From Candidatus Saccharimonadales bacterium (GTDB lineage Bacteria; Patescibacteriota; Saccharimonadia; Saccharimonadales; SZUA-47): a stretch of 64,000 bases of DNA. A program made the position numbers and the translations under genes. The stretch spans positions 2,146 to 66,145 of the forward strand of contig JBBQVE010000006.1 in NCBI GenBank assembly GCA_038211855.1. Reading direction: 5' to 3'. This document shows positions 7,997 through 16,205 of this stretch, piece after piece. Numbering within the stretch: the stretch's first letter is position 1; each line of letters starts with the position of its first letter. The notes below the pieces were generated by a model that did not search any database, had not been told where the DNA came from, and saw only the letters and a list, made by a program, of their open reading frames with translations.

Positions 7997-8257
7997 ATGA
8001 ATCAGACTGTAGATAGGTTTTTGAAAGATAATGGGAAAGTTACGACTTGGCCAAAGAAACAATCAGACAAAGAGCTGGTTATTTCATACCTCGCTACAAA
8101 ATTTGATTTTGATCATACCTATAATGAAACTGAGGTAAATGAACTCTTAAAACAGTGGCATACCTTTCAGGACTGGCCGTTGCTGAGGCGAGAATTATTC
8201 GAGCGAAAATATCTCGACCGCAACTTGTCCGGCAGCATTTACCGACGGCTAAAGTAA
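7997..8257 (+). CDS. DUF2087-like small protein (putative regulator domain)
   Basis: 86 aa. The pattern ...YNETEVNELLKQWHTFQDWPLLRRELFERKYLDRNLSGSIYRR resembles the DUF2087 family consensus as I remember it. Confidence 0.6.
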   Translation: MNQTVDRFLKDNGKVTTWPKKQSDKELVISYLATKFDFDHTYNETEVNELLKQWHTFQDWPLLRRELFERKYLDRNLSGSIYRRLK

Positions 8258-8273
8258 TCTGTTTTAGATTTTA

Positions 8274-8310
8274 GCGCCCGTCAGGCGTGGCGCGGCTTGT
8301 TTGAAATTTT
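8274..8310 (+). terminator. Possible intrinsic terminator
   Basis: Hairpin GCGCCCG-tcagg-CG(t)GGCGC followed by a T-rich stretch (gcttgtttgaaatttt). Confidence 0.4.
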
Positions 8311-8382
8311 GTTCGGTAATCCGAATCACAAATTTGGAATAAGCCGTGACAGGACCCCGTCACCAGACTTATAACCTATCGA

Positions 8383-10626
8383 TTAGTCGCTTCGAGCGTC
8401 TTGACCAAGCAGCTGCTGGCGCATCTGGGCAAAACGATCTTGCTGCTCCTGAGCGATCTGTTCAGCAGTTTTTTGAATCGTGATTGGAGGCATGTCGTCT
8501 TGATCGTGACCGTGTTCGTCATTGCTCTGTTGCTGGCCTTGTTGCGCGTTGCGGCCGGCAGGATGCATGTCATTGTTCTTTTGTTCGTTTTTGCCACCGA
8601 TGACGTTCACCACAGGGATGACGATCGGGCTGCGCTGGGTTTGTTCGTAGAGGAAGTGCGTGATGTGGTCCTTAAGCTCAGCCTTGAAGCGGTCGAGGTC
8701 GATGCGCTTGAAGCGTTGGCCGACGGCACGGCGGAGTTCGGTTCTAAAGAGGTTCATGAGCTCTTCGTTGTCTCGCATATAGATGAAGCCGCGGCTAATG
8801 ATGTCGGGGCTGGTGAGCAACATACCAGTTCGCTTATCGACGGTCAGGATGACAGCAACGAGGCCTTCTTCGGCCAATACTAAGCGGTCTTTAATGACGA
8901 TGTTGCTAACGAGAGCGCCGGTTTGGTCGACTAAAACAGTACCATGCGGTACTTCGCCAACGAGGTCCATCTTATCGTGAGAAAAGCTCAGGACCTGGCC
9001 ATTTTCGGCGTTGATGGTGCTGGAGCGAGGAATGCCCTCTTCGACGGCGATTTCGATGTGGCGTTGTTTGCTGCGGAAGCTGCCGTAAATTGGTACAAAG
9101 AACTTCGGTTTGGTCATGTTGATCATGTCGCGGTATTCGTCGATTGAGGCATGGCCAGAAACGTGTAATGGGCCAACATTATCAATGACGTGAGTTTCGT
9201 GACGGAAGACGTGCACGCCTTTGCGCATGAGGTCGTCGACCATTTCGCCGATCAAGGCATCGTTGCCGGATTCTGGGATTGGTGTGCTCGAAAGCACAAC
9301 GGTATCTTGGGCCTTCAACTTCACGTGGCGGTGTTCACCAGTACTCATACGGACCATGGCGCTGTTCGGCTCACCCTGTGACCCCGTACACACCACCACG
9401 ACGTCGGTGTCTTTCATGGTGGCAACGTTGGCGATTGGCACGAATGTTCCCTTTGGAACAGAGACAAAGCCGTTGCGGACCGCCATTTCGAGCGTAGAAA
9501 TCATGCTACGGCCATCCATGGCGACTTTTTTGCCGTGATGCGCTGCTGCATTAATGATCATCTGAACGCGGTTCATATTGGTACTGAACAAGCCGACGAA
9601 GATGCGGCCGGGGGCGTTGTTCATGATGTCAACAAAGCTCTGCTCGATGGTGCTTTCGCTTGGGGTGCGACCAGCACGCTCTGTGGTGGTGCTTTCGCTG
9701 AAGAGCGCCAAAACGCCTTCACGACCAAGCTCTTCGAGGCGCTCAGTATCGGTGCGCTCGTGGTCAAGTGGATTAGGGTCAAGTCGGAAGTCACCGGTGT
9801 TGATGATACGACCAATTGGCGTATCGACAACCACGATTGTGCTGCCTGGGATGGAGTGTGTCACGCGGACGAGTTCCACAAAGAAACAACCGATTTTCAG
9901 CCTTTCGTGGGTGGTTTCGTTCATGATGACGGTACGAAGTTCAAAGCCTTCTGGCATCGGCAAACCGAAGTTCTGGAAGATTTCTTCGACGCGGCCGATC
10001 GTGAAGCGGCTGCCATAGATCGGTGCTGGGTACAACGGAACGATGTGCGGTAAGCCACCAATGTGGTCAAGGTGACCGTGCGTAATGACGTAGCCGCGGA
10101 TCTTACCTTTGATTGAGTCGAGGTAGCTTGTGTCGCAGATGGCATAGTTAATACCTGGCAGATCAACCCCGAGGTCGTTCCCGCAGTCGACGATAATCGC
10201 ATCATTGAGATACTCAACAAGCATCATGTTCTTGCTTCCACCGCCATCCATACCACCGAGGCCAATGACCTTGAGGGTAGGCGTACCGGTGTCGAGGAAG
10301 TTGGCGCGGCGCGGCTTGTCGCCGTTACCGTTGTTGCTGTCTGATGTCAGGTATTTGTTGACGATGCTCTCAGCATCGCTCTGCGTACGCTTCTGGGCGC
10401 GAATGGCTTCACCGCGTGAAGCACTACGACTGGCAGTGGTAGTAGCCTGTAATTTAGGACGTTCTTTGTTGCCACCGTTATTGCTTTGGCCACCACGACC
10501 GCCGCCGGGACGACTGCCACCACCGTTTGAACGGTTGTTGCCACCTCTGTTATTTTGATTGCGCCCTTGTTGTGGACGTCTTTGACCCTCTGGAGGATTT
10601 TCTGTGTTGTTATTGTTTGGTTCCAT
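8383..10626 (-). CDS. rnj: Ribonuclease J with low-complexity N- and C-terminal extensions
   Basis: Metallo-beta-lactamase/beta-CASP core (VITHGHLDHIGGLP, colinear with RNase J). The ~105-aa N-tail is rich in N/G/R/Q (RGG-like). The ~70-aa C-tail is Q/D/E-rich. Confidence 0.9.
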   Translation of the reverse strand: MEPNNNNTENPPEGQRRPQQGRNQNNRGGNNRSNGGGSRPGGGRGGQSNNGGNKERPKLQATTTASRSASRGEAIRAQKRTQSDAESIVNKYLTSDSNNGNGDKPRRANFLDTGTPTLKVIGLGGMDGGGSKNMMLVEYLNDAIIVDCGNDLGVDLPGINYAICDTSYLDSIKGKIRGYVITHGHLDHIGGLPHIVPLYPAPIYGSRFTIGRVEEIFQNFGLPMPEGFELRTVIMNETTHERLKIGCFFVELVRVTHSIPGSTIVVVDTPIGRIINTGDFRLDPNPLDHERTDTERLEELGREGVLALFSESTTTERAGRTPSESTIEQSFVDIMNNAPGRIFVGLFSTNMNRVQMIINAAAHHGKKVAMDGRSMISTLEMAVRNGFVSVPKGTFVPIANVATMKDTDVVVVCTGSQGEPNSAMVRMSTGEHRHVKLKAQDTVVLSSTPIPESGNDALIGEMVDDLMRKGVHVFRHETHVIDNVGPLHVSGHASIDEYRDMINMTKPKFFVPIYGSFRSKQRHIEIAVEEGIPRSSTINAENGQVLSFSHDKMDLVGEVPHGTVLVDQTGALVSNIVIKDRLVLAEEGLVAVILTVDKRTGMLLTSPDIISRGFIYMRDNEELMNLFRTELRRAVGQRFKRIDLDRFKAELKDHITHFLYEQTQRSPIVIPVVNVIGGKNEQKNNDMHPAGRNAQQGQQQSNDEHGHDQDDMPPITIQKTAEQIAQEQQDRFAQMRQQLLGQDARSD

Positions 10627-10672
10627 TAGTGAATGGTTTCCTTTTCTTAATTTCTTATTTGATTAATTATTG

Positions 10673-10888
10673 TTATTTACGGGTAATAAGCTGTTTGGTA
10701 CCGCGTGCAAGGTAGCGCACGCCCAAAAACAGACTGATGAATGTGACGGCGTATAAACTGATGCGGCCGCTGTCGATTGCCCACGAAGCAGCGCCGTAGC
10801 ATACGCCGAGTAAAACGAGACCCATGAGCAGCACAACCCAAGGGTTCTGCTGCGGAGCGCGTCGTTTGTCGGTGTTATTTTTTGCCAT
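10673..10888 (-). CDS. Small membrane protein, hypothetical
   Basis: 71 aa with two hydrophobic helices (WVVLLMGLVLLGVCYGAASWAI, LYAVTFISLFLGV). The start overlaps the upstream stop. Confidence 0.5.
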   Translation of the reverse strand: MAKNNTDKRRAPQQNPWVVLLMGLVLLGVCYGAASWAIDSGRISLYAVTFISLFLGVRYLARGTKQLITRK

Positions 10889-11205
10889 TATTTGCTTACT
10901 CTCAATTTTAGACCTTTAAGGATATCCTGTGCTTGTTTTTGACCCTCGTTTAGCTCTTGCCGACGAAGTTGGTACACAGTCTCCTTTTTAAGAAATCTGT
11001 GAAGGTATAGTGCGATTGCTACGATTAATAGTATCAAGAATCCCCATCCTAACATCAGTTTTTTGGTGTAGTCGGAATGATTGTTCATATACGTCACGAT
11101 AACGACATAAACAATCGCAAATACGACGTCTAGTTTGAGATTTCTTTTATAGACGAGCAGTCGCTCACCTGTCAGAAATCGATTCCATCGGCCGTATACT
11201 GCCAT
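10888..11205 (-). CDS. Membrane protein, hypothetical
   Basis: 105 aa with two TM helices. It starts immediately after the pnp stop. Confidence 0.55.
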   Translation of the reverse strand: MAVYGRWNRFLTGERLLVYKRNLKLDVVFAIVYVVIVTYMNNHSDYTKKLMLGWGFLILLIVAIALYLHRFLKKETVYQLRRQELNEGQKQAQDILKGLKLRVSK

Positions 11206-13344
11206 TTATTTTCCTTTAAGTTCCCTTGCTGCTTGTTTCATGCTGAGGTTTAAGCGGCCTTTTTCGTCGATCGCCACCAGCTTCACATTTACCATATCAC
11301 CTACTGTTAGCACATCACTCGGTTTATTGACGCGTTCTTCGCTAATTTCTGAAACATGCACCATGCCGTCACGGCCGGGCATAATCTGGACGAAGACGCC
11401 GAAATCAAGCACACTGACCACGGGGACATTCTCGTAAATCGAGCCGACTTCTGGATCCTGCGTTATGTCGCGGATCATCTTCTTGGCAGCTTCGATACTT
11501 TCGCCGTCAGGGCTGGCAATAAAGACAGTTCCGTCATCTTGGATGTCGATCTGCGCACCGGTTTCGGCGATGATCTTGTTGATCATCTCTCCGCCCTTCC
11601 CGATGACTTCACGAATCTTGTCTGGATTGATCTGGATTGACTCAACACGCGGCGCGTATGGGCTGAGTTCGGTACGTGGGCGATCAAGTGTCGTCAACAT
11701 GTGTGCAAGGATGACGGCGCGACCTTCTTTGGCCTGCAAAACGGTCTGCTTCAGGATATCCGTTGGTAGCCCGTGGACTTTCATGTCCATCTGCATGGCA
11801 GTGACACCTTTTTTGGTTCCGGTCACCTTAAAGTCCATATCACCAGCAAAGTCTTCGGCATCTTGGATATCGCTCAAAATGACAGGTTTTTTAGGATCCC
11901 AGATGAGGCCCATGGCGATACCGCTGACCGGTGCTTTGAGGGGGACACCGGCGTCCATCATGCTCAAACAACTTGAACAGGTCGCGGCCATCGAGGTCGA
12001 TCCGTGCTGGCTCATGATCTCGGTGACAGTACGGATGGCGTATGGGAAATCTGCTTCTGAAGGTAAAACTGGCAGGAGGGCACGTTCTGCAAGGGCACCA
12101 TGGCCGATTTCGCGGCGACCCGGCGAGCCTAAGCGCTTAATTTCGCCAACAGTGTAGCCTGGCGCGTTGAAGTGGTGCATGTAGCGCTTCTCGCCTTCAA
12201 ACTCCATGCTGTCAATCATCTGGGCAAAACTGAGTGGTGCCAAGGTGGTGATATTCATAGCTTGGGTGACGCCGCGGGTAAAGAGGCTTGAACCGTGTGT
12301 ACGCGGCAGAATGCCGACTTCACTGCTTAATGGACGGATTTCAGTAAACTTGCGGCCGTCAGGACGAATACTTTCGTCGACGATTCCTTTGCGGACGTCT
12401 TTGTTCACCGCTGATGCGTAGGCATCATGATAATCATTTGAGACTTTTGAATATTCTTCTTCGCCGAGTTCTTCGCGGAAGTGCTCTTTCATTTCTTCGA
12501 GGATCACGTGCAACGCTTCGTGACGATCAGCGTAGGCGCCACGGACTTTCTTGCCGAGTTTGCCGTCGAGCCACTTGTCGACTTTGGTCTGGATATCTTC
12601 AGCTGGCAAAGAGAGTTCAAAGTCCATTGGCTTCACTTTGAGCTTCTTGACCAGTTCGTTCTGGATATCGAGGGCTGGCTGAAGCTCCTTTAAAGCGAGT
12701 TCAAAAGCGTCAAAGATTACTTCTTCGGCGACTTCATCAGCACCGGCTTCCACCATCATAATGCCGCCTTTACCACTGGCAACGAACAAGTCGAGACCAC
12801 CGGTTGAGAGCTCTTCACGACTTGGGAATGGTGTCAGTTTACCATCGCGCAGACCGATGCGAAGACCCGCGACCGGACCGTCATATGGTGCACCGGTCAG
12901 CATGAAGGCGGTCGAAACGGCCAACATCGCGATCGCGTCAGGACGGAAGGTTGGATCCATGCTCAAAACAGTGGCGATACCCTGCGCTTCGTGGCGGAAG
13001 CCTTTTGGCCACAGTGGGCGGATTGGGCGGTCAATCAAGCGACCAACGAGGACGGCATCTTCACTGGGGCGACCTTCGCGCTTAATAAAGCGGCTGCCGC
13101 TGATCTTGCCCGCAGCGTAAAAGCGTTCTTCATATTCGATAGCGAGCGGAAAGTAGTCAAAGCCTTTGAGCGGTTGTTTACCGACCATAGCTGTTCCCAA
13201 TATAACGGTTTCTCCGTAGCGCACGATGACGCTGGCGGTGGAGCGAAAGCCGACGCGGTTCACCTCGAGAGTGAGCTCACGGCCACAAAGCATTGTCTTA
13301 ACTGAGGTGATTTCTTTGCCGAGCGGATTTATAGTTGTTCCCAT
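11206..13344 (-). CDS. pnp: Polyribonucleotide nucleotidyltransferase (PNPase)
   Basis: Two RNase PH domains, a KH domain (IGKGGEMINKIIAETGAQI) and an S1 domain (VSVLDFGVFVQIMPGRDGMVHVSEI). The ATG at 13344 is preceded by AAGGAA. The track start at 13410 is an in-frame upstream extension. Confidence 0.95.
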   Translation of the reverse strand: MGTTINPLGKEITSVKTMLCGRELTLEVNRVGFRSTASVIVRYGETVILGTAMVGKQPLKGFDYFPLAIEYEERFYAAGKISGSRFIKREGRPSEDAVLVGRLIDRPIRPLWPKGFRHEAQGIATVLSMDPTFRPDAIAMLAVSTAFMLTGAPYDGPVAGLRIGLRDGKLTPFPSREELSTGGLDLFVASGKGGIMMVEAGADEVAEEVIFDAFELALKELQPALDIQNELVKKLKVKPMDFELSLPAEDIQTKVDKWLDGKLGKKVRGAYADRHEALHVILEEMKEHFREELGEEEYSKVSNDYHDAYASAVNKDVRKGIVDESIRPDGRKFTEIRPLSSEVGILPRTHGSSLFTRGVTQAMNITTLAPLSFAQMIDSMEFEGEKRYMHHFNAPGYTVGEIKRLGSPGRREIGHGALAERALLPVLPSEADFPYAIRTVTEIMSQHGSTSMAATCSSCLSMMDAGVPLKAPVSGIAMGLIWDPKKPVILSDIQDAEDFAGDMDFKVTGTKKGVTAMQMDMKVHGLPTDILKQTVLQAKEGRAVILAHMLTTLDRPRTELSPYAPRVESIQINPDKIREVIGKGGEMINKIIAETGAQIDIQDDGTVFIASPDGESIEAAKKMIRDITQDPEVGSIYENVPVVSVLDFGVFVQIMPGRDGMVHVSEISEERVNKPSDVLTVGDMVNVKLVAIDEKGRLNLSMKQAARELKGK

Positions 13345-13400
13345 GAAGTAGTATTCCTTTCTTAGCGGAAGGGTGTGGCGCATGAAGAGACAAAATTCAA

Positions 13401-13496
13401 ATATACACAACTTGGCTGTGATATATCTGTCATTGCCTCTTTGATAGACCTACCCGTTTCCTTTATTTACTTCTCTTTGCAACCCTTACAGGGTTT
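13401..13496 (-). promoter_or_regulatory. Structured rpsO-pnp intergenic leader (two hairpins)
   Basis: Two hairpins: AACCCT-tac-AGGGTT (13481-13495) and ATATACACA-N7-TGTG(a)TATAT (13401-13426). Neither is followed by a U-tract. Confidence 0.35.
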
Positions 13497-13516
13497 ACGA
13501 TAGAAACAAACAAACT

Positions 13517-13783
13517 CTAACGGCGTAGACCAAGTTTTTTGATAAGAGCGAGGTATGCCTCGGCATCTGTATCGGCGATATACTTCAGAAGTTTTTTGCG
13601 CTGGCCAACCATCTGCATGAGCCCGCGGCGGGTCATATGGTCTTTCTTGTTAATCTTCAGGTGTCCGGTCAGTTCAATAATACGAGCCGTCAGCACTGCA
13701 ACCTGTACGGAAGGAGAGCCTACGTCTGTTTTGTGAACACCGAAATCCTTATGGATCGCTGCTTTTTTCTCTGCTGAAATCAT
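13517..13783 (-). CDS. rpsO: 30S ribosomal protein S15
   Basis: 88 aa with canonical S15 sequence ([47 protein letters not shown]). Confidence 0.95.
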   Translation of the reverse strand: MISAEKKAAIHKDFGVHKTDVGSPSVQVAVLTARIIELTGHLKINKKDHMTRRGLMQMVGQRKKLLKYIADTDAEAYLALIKKLGLRR

Positions 13784-13843
13784 ATCTTGGTTCCTACTTT
13801 AACACACTTGTATCTGTTATTCAAGCGCTGACCACATTTTTTA

Positions 13844-15013
13844 TTACTTTTCGAGTTCGCGCTGAACTTTAGCGGTGACTTGCAATGAGTTACCATCGAA
13901 TCCGTAGCCTTGAGGTAACCTCGAGGAATCATCGATAAATATGCCGTTAAGGTTTGAGCCTTTTGGATCTAGGCCCGTGACACCTCGTAAATCGACTGCC
14001 CGAAAAATCGCGCCACACAAGTTTGCACCCTTTAAGTTCGCATCTGTAAGAGCGACGCCTTCCATAACAACTCCAGGAGCCCAAGCGCCAACCATATCGG
14101 CTTCTTTCAATGTGGCATTCGTTATACGAGAACCACTCATCGTCGCACCACGCAGTAATGATTTATTCGCTAAAAGCCCATCGATTGTCGCGCCAGTTAG
14201 GTCGCTACCCACAAGGCTCACTCCGTTCCACATCCCACCCTGTACGACTACTCCGCGTAGTAATTTATTAGATTGTAGAATTCCCGGCACTTGGTCGATT
14301 GAAACAGGCATGGCATCGAGCTTCTTGCGGATGTCATCAATACTACCTATGGCACCGAATCGGCTAGAAAGCAATTGATCAAGTGTCGCATCACCCTCTG
14401 GCCGCAACATCATCCGTGCACCAGTCAGCGTCGCGGTTCGTACCTGTTCAGGCGTCAAACCCTTTACATCTTGCAGATACGCGCCTGTAAAGTCTACACC
14501 TCTCAGTTCAGCATTGGTAAAGTCAGCCCCATTCAGAACGACGTTCACGAAACTTGCACCATTCAATCTGGCGCCAGCGAATTTAGCTCCGACCATCACT
14601 GCGTCTGTAAAGTCTGCGCCAGTAAAGTCCTTGCTGCCAAAATCTGTCTCTGTAAATACCGATTTTTGGAAGTTTGCGTCTAGCATGTCGGTGCTGATAT
14701 TTGATAGCGTAAGAATAGCGAATGAGGCATTCAAGCCGCGTGGAATGATGCCGCCAATTTCCCGATTATCTAGATTAGCGAGCTTAACGCCCAGCTCATC
14801 ATCGTTTTCGTGAAAGTCGCGCAGGAGATCCCCCGTACGGCTGCCATACGTACCATTATTGCTTCTTACAGCATCAAGCTGCACCTGGCGATCTTCATAA
14901 GATACCCAGTCAAAACCCTCAAGATCAGGCTCGAATAAGCTTGGTGTCTGCAAACCATTCACCGATATAACTTCAACGGCAGCACTGCCCTCGAAAGGGG
15001 CTACATTACTCAT
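13844..15013 (-). CDS. Pentapeptide-repeat protein with non-repeat N-terminal domain
   Basis: Two blocks of A(D/N)LxG-type repeats (GADFTDAVMVGAKFAGARLNGASFVNVVLNGADFTNAELRGVDFTGAYL; LTDANLKGANLCGAIFRAVDLRGV). I place the start at ATG 15013 (MSNVAPF) from promoter geometry. The track start at 15022 is a TTG. Confidence 0.85.
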   Translation of the reverse strand: MSNVAPFEGSAAVEVISVNGLQTPSLFEPDLEGFDWVSYEDRQVQLDAVRSNNGTYGSRTGDLLRDFHENDDELGVKLANLDNREIGGIIPRGLNASFAILTLSNISTDMLDANFQKSVFTETDFGSKDFTGADFTDAVMVGAKFAGARLNGASFVNVVLNGADFTNAELRGVDFTGAYLQDVKGLTPEQVRTATLTGARMMLRPEGDATLDQLLSSRFGAIGSIDDIRKKLDAMPVSIDQVPGILQSNKLLRGVVVQGGMWNGVSLVGSDLTGATIDGLLANKSLLRGATMSGSRITNATLKEADMVGAWAPGVVMEGVALTDANLKGANLCGAIFRAVDLRGVTGLDPKGSNLNGIFIDDSSRLPQGYGFDGNSLQVTAKVQRELEK

Positions 15014-15023
15014 ACTTATCAAT

Positions 15024-15052
15024 ATTATATCAAATTAGAGTGTTTTTGTCAA
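15024..15052 (-). promoter_or_regulatory. Consensus sigma70 promoter (near-leaderless)
   Basis: TTGACA (15052-15047), 17 nt, TATAAT (15029-15024), then 10 nt to the ATG at 15013. Confidence 0.6.
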
Positions 15053-15065
15053 TAAAAGGCTATGC

Positions 15066-15455
15066 TTAGGCGGCTTCGATGACAGGAGCTTGCACTGCAT
15101 GCAGCACAAATGGTGATTCGACCTCATAGACTTCAGCCAGACCATTGAGGATATGGTCGTTGAATAGTGTGGCTGGGAAGATATCTACCTCTTCAGTGCT
15201 TGGAACCTCAGACCGCATTTGATGTCTAGCCCAGATGTAACTTATGGTACTGGCGGCAAGACAGCTACCTGCAAAGGTGTTGTTAAAGATCCGCACTTCA
15301 CTTGAATTACCGTTCGTTGCATCTACTATATTGAGTACCGCAACTGCTCCAATACTGATTGCACCGAACACTTTTGAAACAATGAGATTGTCAGCAGCTC
15401 TGCTTTCAGCAGATTGTTCTAGTTGAGAGAAAAATGCAGAGAAACGTTTTCTCAT
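15066..15455 (-). CDS. Hypothetical protein
   Basis: 129 aa with one or two hydrophobic segments (VFGAISIGAVAVLNIV). It has its own promoter with leaderless geometry. Confidence 0.5.
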   Translation of the reverse strand: MRKRFSAFFSQLEQSAESRAADNLIVSKVFGAISIGAVAVLNIVDATNGNSSEVRIFNNTFAGSCLAASTISYIWARHQMRSEVPSTEEVDIFPATLFNDHILNGLAEVYEVESPFVLHAVQAPVIEAA

Positions 15456-15463
15456 TTGATACT

Positions 15464-15492
15464 ATTATACAACTATTCTAAAAAGTAATCAA
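15464..15492 (-). promoter_or_regulatory. Sigma70-like promoter (leaderless geometry) inside truB 3' end
   Basis: TTGATT (15492-15487), 17 nt, TATAAT (15469-15464), then 8 nt to the ATG at 15455. Confidence 0.55.
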
Positions 15493-16173
15493 GGCACTTT
15501 CAATCACTTCTGCGGAGAGATATTCCATGTGGATGGCATTTTCAAGCTTGAATTCCCCTACTCTCGTCCGGCGTAAGTCCGACAAGTATGCTCCGGTAGT
15601 GAGCTTTTCACCAGCATCGCGCGCGAGGCTACGGATGTAGGTGCCGCTGCCAACAGTCGACGTGAACGCGACGAGTGGATACGCATACTTGATGTCCGAA
15701 ATGCGGTGAATCTGCACGTGTCGAGGTTCAAACTTCACCGTTTTGCCGGCGCGGGCGGCGTCATAGGACTTTACACCGCCTATTTTAATGGCGCTGAACT
15801 GCGGCGGAATCTGCTCAATACTACCCACAAATGACGCTAAAACGTCTTCTATTTCTTTTAGAGAAGGCCGTTGACTACCCACTGTCGTGAATTCACCTTC
15901 GGCATCATCGGTTGTGCTGGTGGCGCCGAGCGTCATGACGGCATCGTAGGACTTATCATGCTTGGTGAGTTCCGGCACCTTTTTGGTGTAGCTACCGATG
16001 GCAAGCACCAGCAAACCGGTGGCGAGCGGATCAAGCGTGCCGGTGTGGCCGACCTTTATTCTACCGACTATGCCTTGGCGACGGCGTTCGATGCTGAGAA
16101 TGCCGCGGACTTTGGCAACCACGTCAAAACTGGTCCAATCTTTTGGTTTGTCTATTAACAGCAGTCCATTCAT
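15478..16173 (-). CDS. truB: tRNA pseudouridine(55) synthase
   Basis: GLLLIDKPKDWTSFDVV and the catalytic motif GHTGTLDPLATGLLVLAIG. Confidence 0.93.
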   Translation of the reverse strand: MNGLLLIDKPKDWTSFDVVAKVRGILSIERRRQGIVGRIKVGHTGTLDPLATGLLVLAIGSYTKKVPELTKHDKSYDAVMTLGATSTTDDAEGEFTTVGSQRPSLKEIEDVLASFVGSIEQIPPQFSAIKIGGVKSYDAARAGKTVKFEPRHVQIHRISDIKYAYPLVAFTSTVGSGTYIRSLARDAGEKLTTGAYLSDLRRTRVGEFKLENAIHMEYLSAEVIESALITF

Positions 16174-16205
16174 CGCTTTAGCGTACAGGCTGCGTGCGGT
16201 GAGGT

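Noticed and set aside
8346-8363. GTGAC-N8-GTCAC hairpin considered as the RNase J terminator.
   Set aside because: The stem is only 5 bp, the loop is large, and no U-tract follows on the minus strand.
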